Shown one piece after another: positions 61,430 through 64,000 of a stretch of DNA of 64,000 bases. Origin of the DNA: Mobula hypostoma (Eukaryota); NCBI RefSeq assembly GCF_963921235.1, contig NC_086101.1, forward strand, positions 6,512,001 through 6,576,000, in the 5' to 3' direction. The stretch's first letter is position 1, and each line of letters starts with the position of its first letter. The translations under genes were made by a program, and so were the position numbers. The notes beneath the pieces are model-generated. The model was not told the DNA's origin. It searched no databases and saw nothing but the letters and a program-made list of their open reading frames with translations.

Positions 61430-62174
61430 CTGCACACTACTGTTGTAATGCATGGTTATTTGAGTTATTGTTGCCTTCCTGTCAGATTGAACCAGTCTGG
61501 CCATTGTCCTCTGACCTCTCTCATTAACAAGACGTTTTAGCCCACAAAAACTGCCGCTCACGGGATATATTTTTGCTTCTCACACCATTCTCTGTAAGCT
61601 CTAGAGACTGTTGTGTGTGTGTGTGAGGGAAAGTCCCAGGAGATCAGCAGTTTTTGAGATACTAAACCCATTCCTTCTGACACCAGTAAATGTTCCGTGG
61701 TCAAAGTCACTTAGATCACATTTCTTTCTTCCCCATTCTGATGTTTGGTCTGAACAACAACTGAACCTCTTGAGCATGTCTGCATGCTTTTGTGCATTGA
61801 GTTGCTGGCACATGATTGGCTGATCAGATGCGGGGGTACCTTGGTAGCGTAGCAGTCAGTGGGATGCCCTTATAGCTCGGAGCGACAGAGTTTGGAGTTC
61901 AATTTCAGAGTCCTTTGTAAGGAGTGTCTACGTCCTCCCTATGCAATGCATGGGTTTACCCCAGATGTTCCAGTTTCCTCCCACAGTCCAAAGATGTACT
62001 GGATATGTTAATTGGTCATTGTAAGTTGTCCCACGTTTAGGCCTGGGATAAGTTGGGGTTGTCGGGTGTTGCTGCGGTGTTGTGGCTCAAAGGGCCCGAA
62101 GTATCCCTAAATTAAAATAAAATATTTGCATTAATGAGAACGTGTACAGGTATAGCTCATAAAGTGGCCGAGTG
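61430..62174 (-). mobile_element. Tc1-like relic with a nested V-SINE (61835-62110)
   Basis: KKCDLSDFDHGTFTGVRRNGFSISKTADLLG (Tc1 HTH remnant); TIR ataaagtggccgagtg at 62159-62174. Confidence 0.65.
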
Positions 62175-62335
62175 TGTTTTGCACCTTGGCTCCAAGGGAA
62201 CGATGTTTCTTTTAGCTGTATACATGTGTATGTTGAATGACAATAAATATTGGCTTGAAATGTTAAAGGAGAGATCACAGGAAAATCTCAGCAGGCCAAA
62301 GGAGTTCAAATTCAGGTTTATTGCTGTAACAGGGA

Positions 62336-62526
62336 TACTCACCCAGTATGTAACTGTGATACATACCCTGTAATAATAGTTGTACACAGCCAGGGTGTAA
62401 CTAGCGTACATAGCCAGAGTATAGCTGGCATACATACACAAGGTGTAACAGCTGTACGTAGCCAGCATATAACGGGCATGCATAGCCAAGGTCTAACAGC
62501 CATACATAGCCAGGGAGGAACTGTGA
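62336..62526. repeat. Degenerate 24-bp minisatellite, about 8 units
   Basis: tacacagccagggtgtaactagcg / tacatagccagagtatagctggca / tacatacacaaggtgtaacagctg / tacgtagccagcatataacgggca / tgcatagccaaggtctaacagcca / tacatagccagggaggaactgtga. Confidence 0.8.
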
Positions 62527-64000
62527 TACCGAGGGATTAATTGCTTCACATACACAGGGCATTACTGCCACAAAAATTAGCTTTTTGAAAAGGCAGCATA
62601 ATACCCTACAAGTACAAGTTAATGGAACTTACATTCACATAAATTATACCTAATTTACATATGTGCAAAATAAACAAAATAAGGAGAATTACATCAGAAT
62701 TAGGTTAAATAAATCCACCCCTGGCATATGCTGTGAAATCAGTTGTTATGCTGCAGCAGCACACTGTAATACATAAAAACTGTAAATCGCAGTAAGAAGT
62801 ATATATATCTTTTTTAAAAAGTTGAGTTAAGTAAGTAATGAATTAGTGCAAGATTGGGAGAGAAAAAAATATAGTCTGAGGATCAAGTTCAGGGTTATTA
62901 TTGTCTGACTATATATAGATGTACAATCAAATAGAATAATGTTCCCCTGTAGCACAGAGCACCCATAAAACTTTCATCACACACACAATATAGAAACGAA
63001 GTATTACCACAAATAAGTCAGTAAAATATAATTTAGAATGCATGTAGTGCACAACACTGATAAACAGTAAACAGCCAGTGCTATAATTTTCCAGCTGTCC
63101 AGGGCAAAGAATTCCATAAATTCACCACCCTCTGGCTAAAGAAATTCCTCCTCATCTTTGTTCTAAAGAGACATTCTTGTACTCTGAGCTGAGCGCTCTG
63201 GTTCTAGACACCCCCACTATAGGAAACATCCTCTCCATGTCTGCTGTATCTTAGCCTTTCAATATTCACTAGGTTTCAATGAGATCCCCAGAAATTTTTC
63301 AGAACTCCAGCAAGTACTGATCTGGAGCTGTCAAAGGTTGTTCCTGATGGCAGCGGGGAAGAAACTATTGCTGAACCTTGAGACTTGGGTCTTTAGGCTT
63401 CCATACTTCCTGTAAAGAGAAACTGCCAAATGTTTCACCAAAGTGGTTGAATTTGTGGCAATTTGAAAGGAGGATGGAGAGAGATGATTCCTAATGTTTA
63501 GGTGAAGGATTCAGGAGCCAGCAAAATAGCAGGCTTGGCTTCTTCTGGTGGGCTGAGAAAAGTGACAATGCCCAAGAGGCCACTGATCTTGGGTTAGTAG
63601 GGCTGGATGTATCTCAAGCGATGACGACGGGTGGGGATATTGATACATAGAGTACCACAGCATAGAACAGGCCTTCTGGCCCGTCTGGTCCATGCCAAAA
63701 TGTTATTCTGCCTAATCCCATCCACCCACACCTGGACCGTTGTCCTCCATGCACCTCCTGCCCATGTAGTTATCCAAAATTTTCTTGAGTGTTGCAGTTG
63801 AGCCTACATTCAAAACTTCCATTGGCTGCTTGTGCCATACACTCACCACCCTTTGGGTGAAGAAGTTCCCCCTCAGTATTTCGCCTTTTACACTTAACCC
63901 ACCACCTGTAATTCTAGTTTCACCCAGCCTCGGTGGAAAGAAGGTGTGGAATGACTTTAATCAGCGGAAGAACATGTTATCTTCTTCTTGGGCCAAATCA

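Noticed and set aside
62336..62526. CRISPR-like periodicity
   Set aside because: Contiguous degenerate units without unique spacers, in vertebrate DNA.

Overview
Eukaryotic, repeat-saturated vertebrate DNA. The CR1, Rex1, Penelope and V-SINE repertoire points to a cartilaginous fish, probably a ray or skate (inference). Two spliced host genes lie on the + strand. (1) The last four coding exons of a carnitine O-acetyltransferase (CRAT)-like gene (1-134, 11050-11112, 25243-25380, 25960-26175). It has substitutions at carnitine-binding and oxyanion residues (human numbering Y452C, S454T, S554G, V569M) and no C-terminal PTS1. (2) A butyrophilin-like gene: signal peptide 35690-35750, IgV 39687-40034, IgC 43841-44125, TM 45662-45781, and two 27-nt cytoplasmic micro-exons 51237-51263 and 55421-55447. 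No B30.2 or terminal exon was found in the window. Almost everything else is nested retroelements, including a young CR1 with an uninterrupted 1010-codon EN-RT ORF2 and a full-length decayed CR1. The most striking non-coding signals are two classes of candidate self-cleaving ribozyme. One is a variant HDV/CPEB3-like double pseudoknot at the exact, TSD-defined 5' end of short RTE-derived elements (3 copies, 2 families, compensatory helix changes). The other is about 10 Penelope-associated minimal hammerheads, one split at its cleavage site by a poly(A) retro-insertion. All of this was read by eye; no alignment, folding or database search was run.
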